From the NCBI GenBank assembly GCA_964106645.2, contig OZ067039.1: 64,000 nucleotides of DNA; one strand, 5' to 3'. Every line of letters starts with the position of its first letter. The first letter of the stretch is position 1. This document shows positions 12,966 through 24,461 of the stretch, in pieces. Source of the stretch: Podarcis pityusensis (lineage: Eukaryota). The notes beneath the pieces were generated by a model. That model was not told where the DNA came from. It made no database searches and was given only the letters and a program-made list of their open reading frames with translations. The position numbers were made by a program, and so were the translations under genes.

Positions 12966-13617
12966 TGATGTATCTGAAGGGCTTGTGCAACTTGCGTTTT
13001 TAGCCAGCAGGTGTCTCTCTTATACTGAAAATCCACACATTTTCTGTAAGCTGCAGAAATGAATTTGGTAGAGATCCTGGTTTTCATCCATTACACCTCA
13101 TTCCTCTTCTGTTGCATAGATGCACTTCAACAAAATATAAGGGCCTGTCTCTGTCTTTCATTTATATTAATATTGCTGTGCTGCATAAAATCCTACCTCC
13201 AGGTTAAGTGCATGCCTGTGCACTATTCTGCATGCAAGTCCCTCTGAATTCAGCAGGAGTTCTCCCAAGTAAGTGGGGAGTGGGGAACCCCTGGTCTGCT
13301 GGCCAGATACCACTGCAACCACCCTGCAATATATTTTAAACGGCTTCAGTCCAGTATTCCCGAAGGAGCCGTTTAAAATATATTGCAAGAAGAAGAGTGG
13401 GGGTATGTTTCACAATATACACATGTTGTGCTCTTTGCAAATATGCAAAAAAAGTCATTCATACATTTTGTATGTGTGCAATTTTGGAGATGCAGTTGCA
13501 CTTTTTTATATTGAGGCTTCAGACAACTATGGCAGGCTTGCTGGTCCCCCCCCTCCTTTGAATAAATTATTTTAAAATGTTGAAGCTTGCATTTTTAAAA
13601 TATATATATATTTTCAG

Positions 13618-13742
13618 GTCTAGCCTAATGGCTGGAGGGGTCAGACAAGGTGTCGTAAACCCATGGCTTGTGGAGGAGCCGGAGGAAACAAGAGGGCTTG
13701 GCTTTCATGAAATCCAGCAGCAGCAACAGAGAATTATAGAAG
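13618..13742 (+). CDS. STX8: Syntaxin-8 coding exon 5 (125 nt): (R)SSLMAGGVRQGVVNPWLVEEPEETRGLGFHEIQQQQQRIIE(E)
   Basis: Acceptor ttttcag|, donor G|gtaagt. Contains the NPWLxEEPEETRGLGF motif of STX8; visible inside ORF 13577..13786. Confidence 0.97.
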
Positions 13743-16158
13743 GTAAGTCATCCTTCTTGGTTTTTAAAGCCTTAATCCTATCCTAGAGCCTCATGGTTGA
13801 TAGCCACTGGTGTTGATTGCATCCTTTTACTCCAGTGACCTAGGTCAGAAAATCTTCCACCTTCACCTTCTTTTGTATAGGATGGAGGTATTCATTTCTG
13901 ATGTCCAGCTTGTTTTGTCCCTGACCATCCAAAACATTCGAGCACTTTGTTAAATGTTTGTTTTGAATCCAGGGGGCATTTCTCTGCTTAAGTTCACACA
14001 CTCGTCATTTGAGAAACAATTCTGTGGGTAACTAGGAGCTGGCTTGTCAAACCGGAATTCCTTAAGATGCCTCAGATAATTAGGCACCAAGCCTTAAGTG
14101 CCAGCGGAGTTTCACTTCCTGAATTTTCTAGGCTCCTTGGAAGATATCAGTCTTCTGCATCCCTTGGTTGCTGGTGGAAGGTCTTGGACGTACTTCACAC
14201 TAATCAGGCTAACGTATGTCAGCGTGTAGATAGGGAAACCTCATTCTTATCCAGGCTTGTTTGTGAGGGATGAAAATCCTTACTGGCCCACTTTATCTTT
14301 CTTAGCCTGAAACAACCAGAGTCTGGCACCTTGATCTGGGCTGCCTCATCATTATGAGCTTAGAACTGGCTGGTGTGGCTTGTGTCCCACCAAGAAAATG
14401 TGGCTTACTTGGGGCTCGGTAAGCCTTTGCTGTAGGTGTTGAACCTTAAAACAGAGTTGTCAAGCAACTGGCAGGCAGCAGCATAAGCCCAGCAGGCTGT
14501 ATTGGCATAGTGAGCCACAGGTTGTGCAGATCTAACCTGGTCTCTTGTTTAAGGAGATCAAGTCCTTCCCCGTGCCCAGGCTTCCATCTCCATATAGCCT
14601 AGGGATGGGGTACTTCTGACCCACGGACCCAATTAGGTCCTCTGGGCTTCCCTGTTTGGCCCTCAAGGCCATTTTGGCCAAGAGCCATCTGCCTTCCCTA
14701 CACCCAGGTGTGGGGCAGGTAAAATCCTGGCTCAGCCAAAAGTGGGTCTGTTGGCACTGCCAATCAGCTTTTTGGCAGTGCCTACAAAGGGCTTGGAAGA
14801 TAGTGCTTTGAAAGGGGCTTCTGAAGACTGATTGTCTTCAGGGGCCTGTTTCAAATTGCTGCACGAAGACCCCTGATAGCAAAAAAGGCCACCTGGTGTC
14901 ATTGCCAGCCAGACCCAGTACCCCACGCAGAATATAGCCCTTTCCTGCTCCTCTCGTTGTCATCATTTCTGTCTCCTAGGCTCTATGCTTTTTCCTTGAA
15001 CAGTGATTTTATGTGAAGTAGTTGTGAGGCCTCTTTTGCTGATTAGGTTCTACGTCCTTCTCCCTCACGGTAGCAGGAGTATTTTTGGCCATGGAAGCGC
15101 TCTCCCATGCACCAGCAGTCATACCGGTGTGGTGCTTGGCTATGCCATCTGTATGGGAAACAGTGCCTTGATGCCAGTAAGCCAGCTTTTCCACAACAAC
15201 TTTCTGCTCCTGTAGTGCTTGTCTTAAAACCTCGTGGACACTTTGGGGGCATTTCAAAGCAATTGTATATGCTGTCAAGTAGGGAGTTAAAAAAAAAAAA
15301 AAAAACGGCTTCTGCAGAAAGATCTATTGAGCCATCAGTTAGCCATTAATCTTTTGCCCTCTTTGCTTAAACAGCCATTGGCACACAACTCTCCCGCTCC
15401 GGCACCTGTAAAAGAACCCCCTCCCCCTTTGCAAAACGCTACCCACAGTAGTTGATTGTGCTGTCTTTGGAGGACCTCCCCAAAAGCAACTCTCCAAGAG
15501 GGCTCCAGTACAAAAGAGAGCTGTGTACGACTGGAGTGTAATTCAGTGCCATTGGGACCAAGGGTGTGGTAATGCCATGTGCTCTGGATTACAATAGGGG
15601 GCATTTTGTAAGACTAGAGGGAGACTTCTATTGCGGCTGTGCTGGCTGCAGCTCCCCTTGCCAAGAGTTGGATTATCTCCCCCCATAAACGCCACATTTA
15701 CACGCAGCTTGAGAAACCCTTTGGATTCCTTGGTGCTTGCATCACCTATTTGTTTCTCAGTCATGTTAAACCTTCCCTGGAAAATCAAAAAGGCTTAATC
15801 AGGAAACTATACGAGTGTGCCAAAATAATAAAAAAAAGACATCCAGTGCTCTTACGATGGAGGAGCAGCTGCAAATCCAGTTTCTGAAGGGTTTGGGACT
15901 CTTGGCTAAACTTTCTTTTCTAAGACACTACTCAGCACTGTCACTTTTACCCTAGTTTCTTAAGATCTGTCTGTTTTGGAATTCATTGTCATGCCATTGG
16001 TGAGGTCTTTGGGTCATTAAGTTTTTAACACTTCAGTTGCAGACTTTTCATAATATTGCTCAGCTGTCGTGGGTCATAAATCTGGGGTTTAGCATCAGAA
16101 CGCTGGAATTTAATTTGATTCATTTTTTCTTTTTGTTTTTTGTTTCTCCCCTGCGCAG

Positions 16159-16251
16159 AGCAAGATGCTGGTCTTGATGCTCTCTCTTCTGTCTTAGCCC
16201 GTCAAAAACAGATGGGGCAGGAAATTGGGAATGAGTTAGAGGAACAGAACG
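16159..16251 (+). CDS. STX8: Syntaxin-8 coding exon 6 (93 nt): (E)QDAGLDALSSVLARQKQMGQEIGNELEEQN(E), N-terminal half of the SNARE motif with the zero-layer Q
   Basis: Long pyrimidine tract with ctgcgcag| acceptor; donor G|gtaagg. Qc-SNARE heptad pattern. Confidence 0.98.
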
Positions 16252-16944
16252 GTAAGGACCGTCCTGCTTTCAGAGTTTGATGGGTTCAAGAGAGCACACA
16301 GTCATTATTTTCGGTGTTGTACCTTCTCATAGTTCTGTTCTACTGAAAACCTTCGACGCATCGTCTTTGCTGCATCATTATTAACCACTCCCAATGATAG
16401 TTCCCCCTCCTCCCCGAACAGTAATAGAAGAGCCACAATAAATCATCTCCATTTCTAAGTGTGATGGTATAAAAGTGAATTGACAACAGAGTTTGCTTCC
16501 CTCTCCTAGCATTGGGTTCAGGCAGAGCAATGGGAAAGGGGGAGTGCTGCATTTTTAGGTCATCAAAGTACAGATTTTAGAGAAGTTTTAAAAAGTGAAG
16601 AATTGTTTCAAAACTGTTACTCAATCTGCCCATGTCCACCTGGATCATTATGTCATGTATGGTGTGGTATGGCCTAGATGCCACTGTGTCATAAAATATT
16701 TACTGTGCCTCCCCTTCTCTCCCATCAGTTGCAAAATTAACCAGAGTACATTGGTGTGGATGCCCCTTGGACATAGAATTGGGCCTCAGGGTACTTTTAT
16801 TTTGGTCCCTGTGCCTTCGTTGGGGGTTTGCCTTTTAGATCTAGAAAATGAGCTGTAAAAGGAGGACAGATAATTTACAGCAGTGTCCCAGGAACAGTAG
16901 TCCCTTTGCTCAAGAGGCTACAGTTTCTGTTTGTAGGTAGGTGT

Positions 16945-17165
16945 AAGGGAGGGCCTTTCAAACTGTGTGTCGGGATACATTAGTGTGTTGGCTGCAGTGT
17001 GTAGGTGTGTCGCACGAACACTCCTCATGTTCTCCCAGGGCTGGAAAGGGCTTAGTTTAACCTCCGATTTGCTAGTAAAACTGAATTATTGTGTTGTGAA
17101 ATGATGCAAAACTGAATTACTGTGCCGCGAAATGGTGCATGTCTAAAAAGTGTGTCACCAACATG
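16945..17165. mobile_element. Probable DNA-transposon (hAT-like) fragment
   Basis: The terminal-like motif ttcaaactgtgtgtcg and repeated gtgtgtc subterminal units. Ends are not resolved. Confidence 0.4.
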
Positions 17166-18714
17166 TAGCTCTGGTGCAGGGTGTTTGTGTGTCAACTCAA
17201 GGGAGCCTTCCATGAGAGGAGAGAGAGACCTAAGCAAGTTAGGTACGGTTAGCTGTTTGATTATTCCTGTCTGAGCCAGTAGGTGGCAGCACAGGACAGA
17301 AAAATGCCTAGTGCATGATTGGTTCTTGACCTTGAGGAGCGCATGATTGGTAGTTTTTCGTTTTTTCCTGGAGCTGTGCAATTCACCTTTTCCAGTTTAG
17401 CATTATTTTTACCTATAGTTTGCCCTTTGGTCTGGGAGTATGCTTACATATTCTTTTTTAGTTTAAATGATCACATCTAGGGCTGACGATTAGAGCAGCC
17501 TTGCCATTATAAGCCCTGAAAAGTTGCTAGTCTGACTTTAAAAAAAAAAACACGAAAGAAAAGTAGCCTCTTAGCTGCCATGGCCTCAGCCTCGAGCTCA
17601 GAGTTGGGAGGGTGAACTGGTTGAGTCTACGGCTTTTGCACCACCCACGGGCTGAAAAAATGAACAATACTGAACTTGAGGCTAGCAGTCAGAAATGTGT
17701 GGACCCTGAGCCAGGACCTTCCCAGGCACCTCCCCCCCCCCCAGCGTGATTTGCCAGAGAAGTCTAAGTCCTCCTGTTTCACATAGTCCAGGAGGCAGGT
17801 CTGGCAGGAGACCACAGAAAGGAGCGCAAGCACTCTCCTTCAGGACAGGGTGTTGGCATTTTAAAAGTTTTGGCCTCTTTCACCTTAGCGCTGCTTTCTT
17901 TGCATGGATCACAACATTTGCAGGCTAGGTATTCTTATGATTATAAAGTCTCCTAACAAATGAAACAGGGGCAGTTGTCTCTGCCCCTTGTCTGCCAGCC
18001 TGCATGGTTTTCATGGCTTTATCCTCTACCAGTCCAGCATGGAAGCTCACTTGGTTTCACTGCCAGCTGCAGAGGAAGCGATTTGCTTTCCTCCAGCAGG
18101 GGATATGCAGGAAGCTCCTTCCTCAGTGCCTAGGAAGGAGAGCAGCAGGTTCGTGAGTGAGGGATAAGAGTGATCAGTCTTTCCTCCACTGAGCGGCTGT
18201 ATTTTCATTCTTGCTACAGAGGTAGACACTTCACTTTCTCCGCCACCAGTCTGCTCACTCACCTGATCGGAATGCCTTGTTTTTCCTTGTGGTGTCCCAG
18301 GCAAGTAGCTGTACACAAACACCCAGCTGTATTTTACATCCTGAAGTTTCAGTGGGATCAGTTGGATCCTGCATTAATGTAGCTTGTAGAAGTCTGGTGA
18401 TGCACACCCTTTTCTTTTTCCTGGACTAGTATGAGAGACAGATTTGAAGTTAAACCATACTGTAGCACTCAGTTGTTGAGATGACCCCATGGGAGCAAAT
18501 CTATAGATTTTGGAGCTTTTCTTTTTTCTTACAGTATGGTAGAACTTTGAAATGTTTCCAGCTGTGTGATCTCTGCAAAGATTTGATCCATCTGGTCTGC
18601 TTCTAGAGAGGGTTGCATGAACATTAAGTGACTGGAAGGCAGCAGCTCTGATACTTCCCCATTTGCTGAGCACTTTCTTCATTGAGAAGGTGTCACTGCC
18701 AACAACAAAACAAC

Positions 18715-18810
18715 AAATTTATACCTCACTCATCTGGCTGGGTTTCCCCAGCCACTCTGGGTGGCTCCCAACAGAATATTAAAAACATGATAAAACATCA
18801 AACATTAATA
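18715..18810 (-). mobile_element. LINE (L2-like) 3' end
   Basis: tttatacctcactcatctggctgggtttccccagccactctgggtggctcccaac resembles the reverse of a common lizard LINE 3' terminal stem-loop plus tail. Confidence 0.55.
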
Positions 18811-21644
18811 CTAGTAGACTAAGGGTCAGGTGGACATATTGTATCCTCATGCCCTGTTTTTCACCCTTTCTGCTCCTAATCTGATCCTGTTTCCCCCCCC
18901 AGGGTTTCTGAGGTGCATATTCAGTCCTGGCAAGCATTGCACAAAAGTTAACAGACTTGCCTGCTCACATGTCCCTGGGTTTATTAATTTGTTACGTACC
19001 GCGGGAATGATTGGAGATCAGCCTTGAAAATCAAAATTCACAAAAGTTGTCCTAGCCTACAACAACTTTACTTGCCTGCCAGATTTGAAATGGGAAACTT
19101 TTTTTAAAAAGAAAAGCATTTCTCTAATCTCAGTCCTCGGAGAAAACAGATTAAAACCCCAGCTGTTCTGAGATTACTAAACTGAAGGCCTTAGGAGGGA
19201 AGAGATGTGGAGACTTTAAAAAAAAAAAATCTGTCTTGACATAACTTTAAAAGAGCACCATAGAACAGCATTTGCAAAAAGAGCTGGGGGGAATGTTCCA
19301 TTGCTGGTTTCCCATCACAGATTTAAAATGACAAAAGAACAAACAAATAAATCAAGGTAAAATGATTATGATCTGCCCACACTGATACCAATTCTCACCA
19401 AAACTTCACAGTACATAGCACGTGAATACCTTCTGCTGCTCATGTGTATGTTTGTTTAGTCAGAGTTGAAGTTGCTGAACTTCAGTTTGGGTCTATTCCA
19501 TGACTAGTGCTGAGAACTCCCATTCCTTGGCAATATAATCAGAACTTTGCACATGGGGTCTCTGATTAGCCTCGTGTGCGATGTGGAGCACATATTTTTC
19601 CAGAAGTGTTCCGCCCTTGATTAATATCAACTCAGTATCTGCACAAATTATCGTTCAGTGATCTGTCTTGGACAGAAGACACAGTTCCCTCATCTGTGTA
19701 TTTTTGGTCTGTATTGAGGCCATTTTCATAATATGTAATCTCTGAGAAGTGTACAAGCAACTGTGAGTGTTTGGAGCCAGATGAATTTGTAATGGTCTGC
19801 AGGAAAGCAGCATTGCTGAGCCTATGAAACTAGCTCCTGTAGATCTCGTTGCTCCCCAAGAGCATGGTAAATGACTGTAATGCAAACTGCAATGAATCGA
19901 ACTACCCATCATATTTCCCTATCACCACCGGAGTTGGGAGAGCCAGGTTCAAACCCCCGCAAAGCTCACTATGTGCCTTGTTCTGGTCACACACTGTCCC
20001 CCAAGCTACTGATCAGCGTTGCTGTGATGGTACAAACAATAGTGTTTACTACTCCGAGAAGGGTGAAATAGAAATGAAATTAAAATTAATTAATAGTAAA
20101 TTAATGTTGTGGACAATAACAGCATAGGAAGCAGGTGCTTTTTGATTTTTGTTTCTTTGAAGAACAAGATTGTCACCAAAAGTGATTTGCAGAGTGTTGC
20201 AAACAATATCTTTCTAAAGAGTGAGCTTTAAGTACATTCTTGATTCTGTGAATGTTCTAGTTCCTGTGGTATATTTAATGTTTTTCTCCTTCGGGAATGG
20301 CTGAAGTACGGTTCTGTTGCCCACGCGTCCTTTTTTTACAGCTTTGTGACATGACCTGCATTCTAAGCCATCAGTTGTGCCCCTGTGACATCTTGCTATG
20401 CCCTTAGTTATAGGAAATTTCATTGCCATGATGACACAATTCTGAAGTAAGCCGTATCGTTCTTGGTGGGAGAGAGGAATATCAAGCCTTCCTTCGTCCA
20501 TCTTGAAGATATGCAGCTAAGCAAAAGAAATAAGAAGTTTTAAATACAAAGAGAAAAATGAGCATTAAAAAATATTTCTCATTTGATTTTACTTTAATAG
20601 CAGGTCTGTCATATCTAAGCTCTAGTCTCATGAAAGGCTGACATTTAAGTGTTAAATAATTTAAATGGGAAATATGAAATATTTGCAAGTGTCTTCTGGT
20701 TTTTATTTTTAATGTAGCTTATCTGTCAATCTGTTGAAGCTGGAATAGGTGTGCTAACTCTAAATTAATTCCAAACATAAATCCACTGAATAAAAATGTC
20801 CCACATCCATTTCTCCTGCATTATATCACTGCTACCATTGCATCCCTTTATCATGTGCAGAGAAAAACCAAAATGAATGGGAAGCAAATGATTAATTTTG
20901 AAGAGGAAGATACGTTGCCAGCTGAATTTTTTACCTCTACCTTTTTTCAGAGCACCTTATAAATTTAAATCCACAAAAAATGTAAATTCTGAATTCCTGT
21001 TCACCTTGTCCCAGTTGAAGAAAGCAAATCCATCAGCACCGTATCACCAGAATTGACCCTTCAAATGCCCCCCCCCCAGTATTTTGTAATGATGGGTAAC
21101 CTATTTTTTGCCCCAGTACTGGACTTTGCATGCCAAAGGCTAAGAGTTTGACATACTGAGAGTCGATTGCATCCTAGTGATCTCATTGAAGAGGCTTTTG
21201 CCTGTTCCTAGTTTACTTAATGCTTTTCCAAGAGGATGTGTAACCTAACCCAAGCATGAACAAACGTACCAGAGACAGGCAATGGAGCCTACATCCTTGG
21301 GCTGACTTTTGCCATGAGGTGTTACAGGAACAATCTGGGCACTCAGAATCCAGCAACCACAAAGTAATGAGTCACTTAGTCACATCCTGTCATTTACAGT
21401 AACTCAGGGTGATAAAGATATTTGTGTGTAATATCTAAGGAACATAACCTCAAGTGGGACACCCTAAAAGAGTACTGTTCTATTTTGTAATAGGAAATAC
21501 CTTGGACAATACATATTCTAGTGGTGGAGAAGAGTCATTGGTTGCTGGCATCAATCTTGCATCTCAAGGAGTTTATAAAGCTGATAATTCTAAATACCTC
21601 AAACATTTCGTTTCCTTACACGTCTAGGAAATGACTAATTTTAT

Positions 21645-21764
21645 ATGGGTTTGGTATATAGATGTGGTTATTTCTTTTGTGAATCTTTTTTTGCCTATTT
21701 TAATGTTAAAATAGGCAAAAAAAGATTCACAAAAGAAATAACCACATCTATATACCAAACCCAT
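21645..21764. repeat. Near-perfect 120-bp palindrome (59-bp identical arms, 2-nt centre)
   Basis: 21645-21703 is the exact reverse complement of 21706-21764 (checked base by base). Confidence 0.95.
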
Positions 21765-21807
21765 CTAGCTGTTTGGATTTTTAATTCTCCATGAACTATA
21801 CTGCCTT

Positions 21808-22512
21808 CCTTGATATAGTATACTTGGACTTTCAAACAGCTGTCATCGAAGCAACTCACCAAAGACTTCTCAATAAGCATTAGCCATCAAGGAATAAAAG
21901 GAGAGGTCCTCTTGTGGCTCAGGAATTGGTTAAGTTGCAGAAAGCAAAGAGTAAGAATAAATGGACAGTTCTCCAAGTGGAGAAGCCTAGAAAATTGAGT
22001 CCTCCAATGATCAGTATTAGGGCCTGTGCTTTTTAACTTGTTGATAAACGATCTAGAGCTAGGAGTGGGCAGTGAGGTAGCCAAGTTTGCTGATGATATT
22101 AAATTGTTTGAGTTTGTAAAATGGCAAATGCAGTTCAGTGTAAACAAGTGCAAAGTGATGCATATTGAGGCAAAGCATCTTATTTTCACATATACGTTCA
22201 TGGGGTCTGAACTATCAGGAAAGAGACCTTGGGTAGCTTCATTAGACAGCTCAATGAAGATGTCGACCCAGTGTACAGTGGTCGTGAAAAAGGCAGATTC
22301 CATGCTAGGGATCATTAGGAAGTGACTTGAAAATAAAACTGCTGTTCATAATATCATAATGCTGTTATTTAAATCTGTGTCGCGACCACATTTGGAGTAC
22401 AGTTCTGGTTGCCGCATCTCAAGAAGGATGTTCTAGAGTTGGAAAGGGTTCAGAAAAGGGCAACTAAAATGATCAAGGGGGTGGAGCAACTTCCCTATGA
22501 AAAAAAGTTGCA
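21808..22512 (+). mobile_element. CR1 LINE reverse-transcriptase fragment, disrupted
   Basis: DIVYLDFQ, SVLGPVLFNLLINDLELGVGSEVAKFADD, KWQMQFSVNKCKVMHI and LERVQKRATKMIKG (ORFs 22026..22325 and 22409..22600), with stops, frameshifts and an internal deletion after FADDIKLF. Confidence 0.95.
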
Positions 22513-23192
22513 GAGTTTTATTCTAGAGTTTGGGAGACGTAAAAATATCCTATGGTACTTTTTAAAGAACTCTAATAATGTTTTAATTGGGCCCAAGTAA
22601 ATTTTAAAGCTGAAGTTTAAAAACAAGCTGGTTTTATTCATCATTACTGTATGGCTTCTTCCTACTAAAAACATATTCAATAAGGGAAAAATAATTATTC
22701 GTCAGCTGTATCTTGTAAAACACTTTATATAGCAACTACAATTATTGACATTAGCAAGAGATTTGTTTTTGGAAATAGAAAAGCTTTTGAATGGTTCCTG
22801 TTAATAATAATTACAGGGGGAAAGGAAAGTTAGTTACTTTAAAAAAAAGGTTCCTTGCAACAAAGTCTTAATCCTCACGTTCTTCTCTGATGGTTTGTAG
22901 AAAGTCTTTTGCTTGTACCAAAAGCTTCAGTTGACACTATCAACCATTTAATTGTAGAGTTACAAATGGAGAGTTCAGATTGCTTTTTAATCCAGAAGTA
23001 AAAAAAATTAGGAGCTGAATATGCTGTGAATAATCTTTTATCTCTATTCAGGCAATGATGTTAAAAACTAGTCCTCCAGGGAATATATTATTTATGTAAA
23101 ATGGGATATTTTGTTTTAAAGTTAATTTTTTAAAAAATCTTTAACCTTTCCTGTGATATTGCAGCAATTTTCTCCATTGAGCTAATCAATTA

Positions 23193-23684
23193 CAGTGGTA
23201 CCTTGGTTCTCAAACTCCTTGGTACTCAAACAACTTGGCACCAGAACGCTGCAAACTGGAAGTAAGTGTAAACTTTTTTCAGAAGCTGAACGTACTCCAT
23301 TTTGAGTGTTACACTTCTGATTTGAGTGCCACACTTCCAATTTGAGTGTTATGCTGAGGTCTGTCTGTTTTTGCTATTTATTTTGCATTTTTGTTTTTGT
23401 AGCGTTTTTGTTTTGTTTTTGTGACTGCACGGAACCCAGTTCAGCTACTGATTGATTGATTGATTGATTGATTGTGTGATTGCAGTACATTGTTTATTGC
23501 TTTCATTTCATGGATCAGTGGTCTCATTAGATAGTAAAATTCATGTTAAATTGCTGTTTTAGGAATTGTTTTTAAAAGTCTGGAATGGATTAATCCATTT
23601 TGCATTACTTTATATGGGAAAGCACACCTTGGTTTTGGAACAGACTTCTAGAACGGGTTAAGTTTGAGAACCAAGGTGCCACTG
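23193..23684. mobile_element. Tc1/mariner (pogo/Tigger-like) MITE
   Basis: 23-bp TIRs (cagtggtaccttggttctcaaac / gtttgagaaccaaggtgccactg, 1 mismatch), TA TSDs, an internal (ATTG)n run and short ttgagtg tandem units. Confidence 0.9.
23448..23474. repeat. (TGAT)n microsatellite within the MITE
   Basis: tgattgattgattgattgattgattg. Confidence 0.9.
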
Positions 23685-23769
23685 TATATGCATTTCTAGT
23701 AAGTTCATTTATGTGTCAAAATCAAGATTTTATATGACAGCTAACGTACCATAGTGAATAGAGTGAGCT

Positions 23770-23915
23770 GGAAAGGCCTCTGGTCAAATGTTACCTCAAC
23801 CACAACTTTTCTAGATGGCCTTGGATGAGCCACTATCTCTCACCCTCAGCTCCCTATATCTGTAATATGAGGAGAATGAAAATTACGTTCCTTACAGGAT
23901 TGGTTTAAGGTTTGT
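23770..23915 (+). mobile_element. Degenerate MIR/CORE-like SINE
   Basis: ggccttggatgagccactatctctc...ctcagctccctatatctgtaatatgagg...ccttacaggattggtttaagg resembles a CORE domain. Confidence 0.5.
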
Positions 23916-24249
23916 GGAGATTGGCGGTGCAGAAGGCTTCTGGTAAAACCCTGTGTGAGATACTGGAGAGCTGTTTTCAGTCATTGTAGACAAAGCTGAA
24001 CTAGCACAGCTTCCTATTGTGTTCCTATTGTGCATCCACAGTGGTAGGAGGGGAAGTGGGTTTCATAAGTGCAAAGTGTTATGTATTATATTCTCAGAAG
24101 GACTGATTATCACCTGTCCTACTTTTCCTTCAACTTGCGCGCAGACAGTTTATAAATAGTGCATTAGAGCTGTATGCCACTAGTGATGGTGTCATTTACA
24201 TATAGCTTCCATCTGGTTCCAGTTGCTTATCTTGCTCATTCTTCACCAC

Positions 24250-24461
24250 AAAATAAAAAAAATCCTTCCAGTAGCACCTTTAAGACCAACTAAGTTAGTT
24301 CTTGGTATGAGCTTTCGTGTGCAAGCACACTTCTTCAGATATTTCGTGTGCTTGCACACGAAAGCTCATACCAAGAACTAACTTAGTTGGTCTTAAAGGT
24401 GCTACTGGAAGGATTTTTTTTATTTTGACTATGGCAGACCAACACGGCTACCTATCTGTAA
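24250..24461. mobile_element. Penelope-like element (PLE) terminal fragment in fold-back form, with 13-bp TSD
   Basis: Perfect 82-bp inverted arms (24249-24330 and 24346-24427), a PLE-type terminus cagaccaacacggctacc, and the direct repeat cattcttcaccac at 24237-24249 and 24462-24474. Confidence 0.8.
24306..24341 (-). ncRNA. Minimal type I hammerhead ribozyme motif (PLE-associated)
   Basis: The minus strand reads UAU-CUGAAGA-A-GUGUGCUUGCACAC-GAAA-GC-UC-AUA: both catalytic core boxes, stem II, a palindromic AGCU minimal helix III and a 3-bp stem I. Confidence 0.7.

Noticed and set aside
13713-13728. CAG-rich run encoding five glutamines in exon 5
   Set aside because: A short Q run is a normal STX8 feature as recalled from human (EIRQQQQK), not an expansion.
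23295-23360. Short spaced repeats (tttgagtg...) superficially like a CRISPR array
   Set aside because: Eukaryotic DNA; these are three degenerate tandem units of about 20 bp inside a MITE with no unique spacers.
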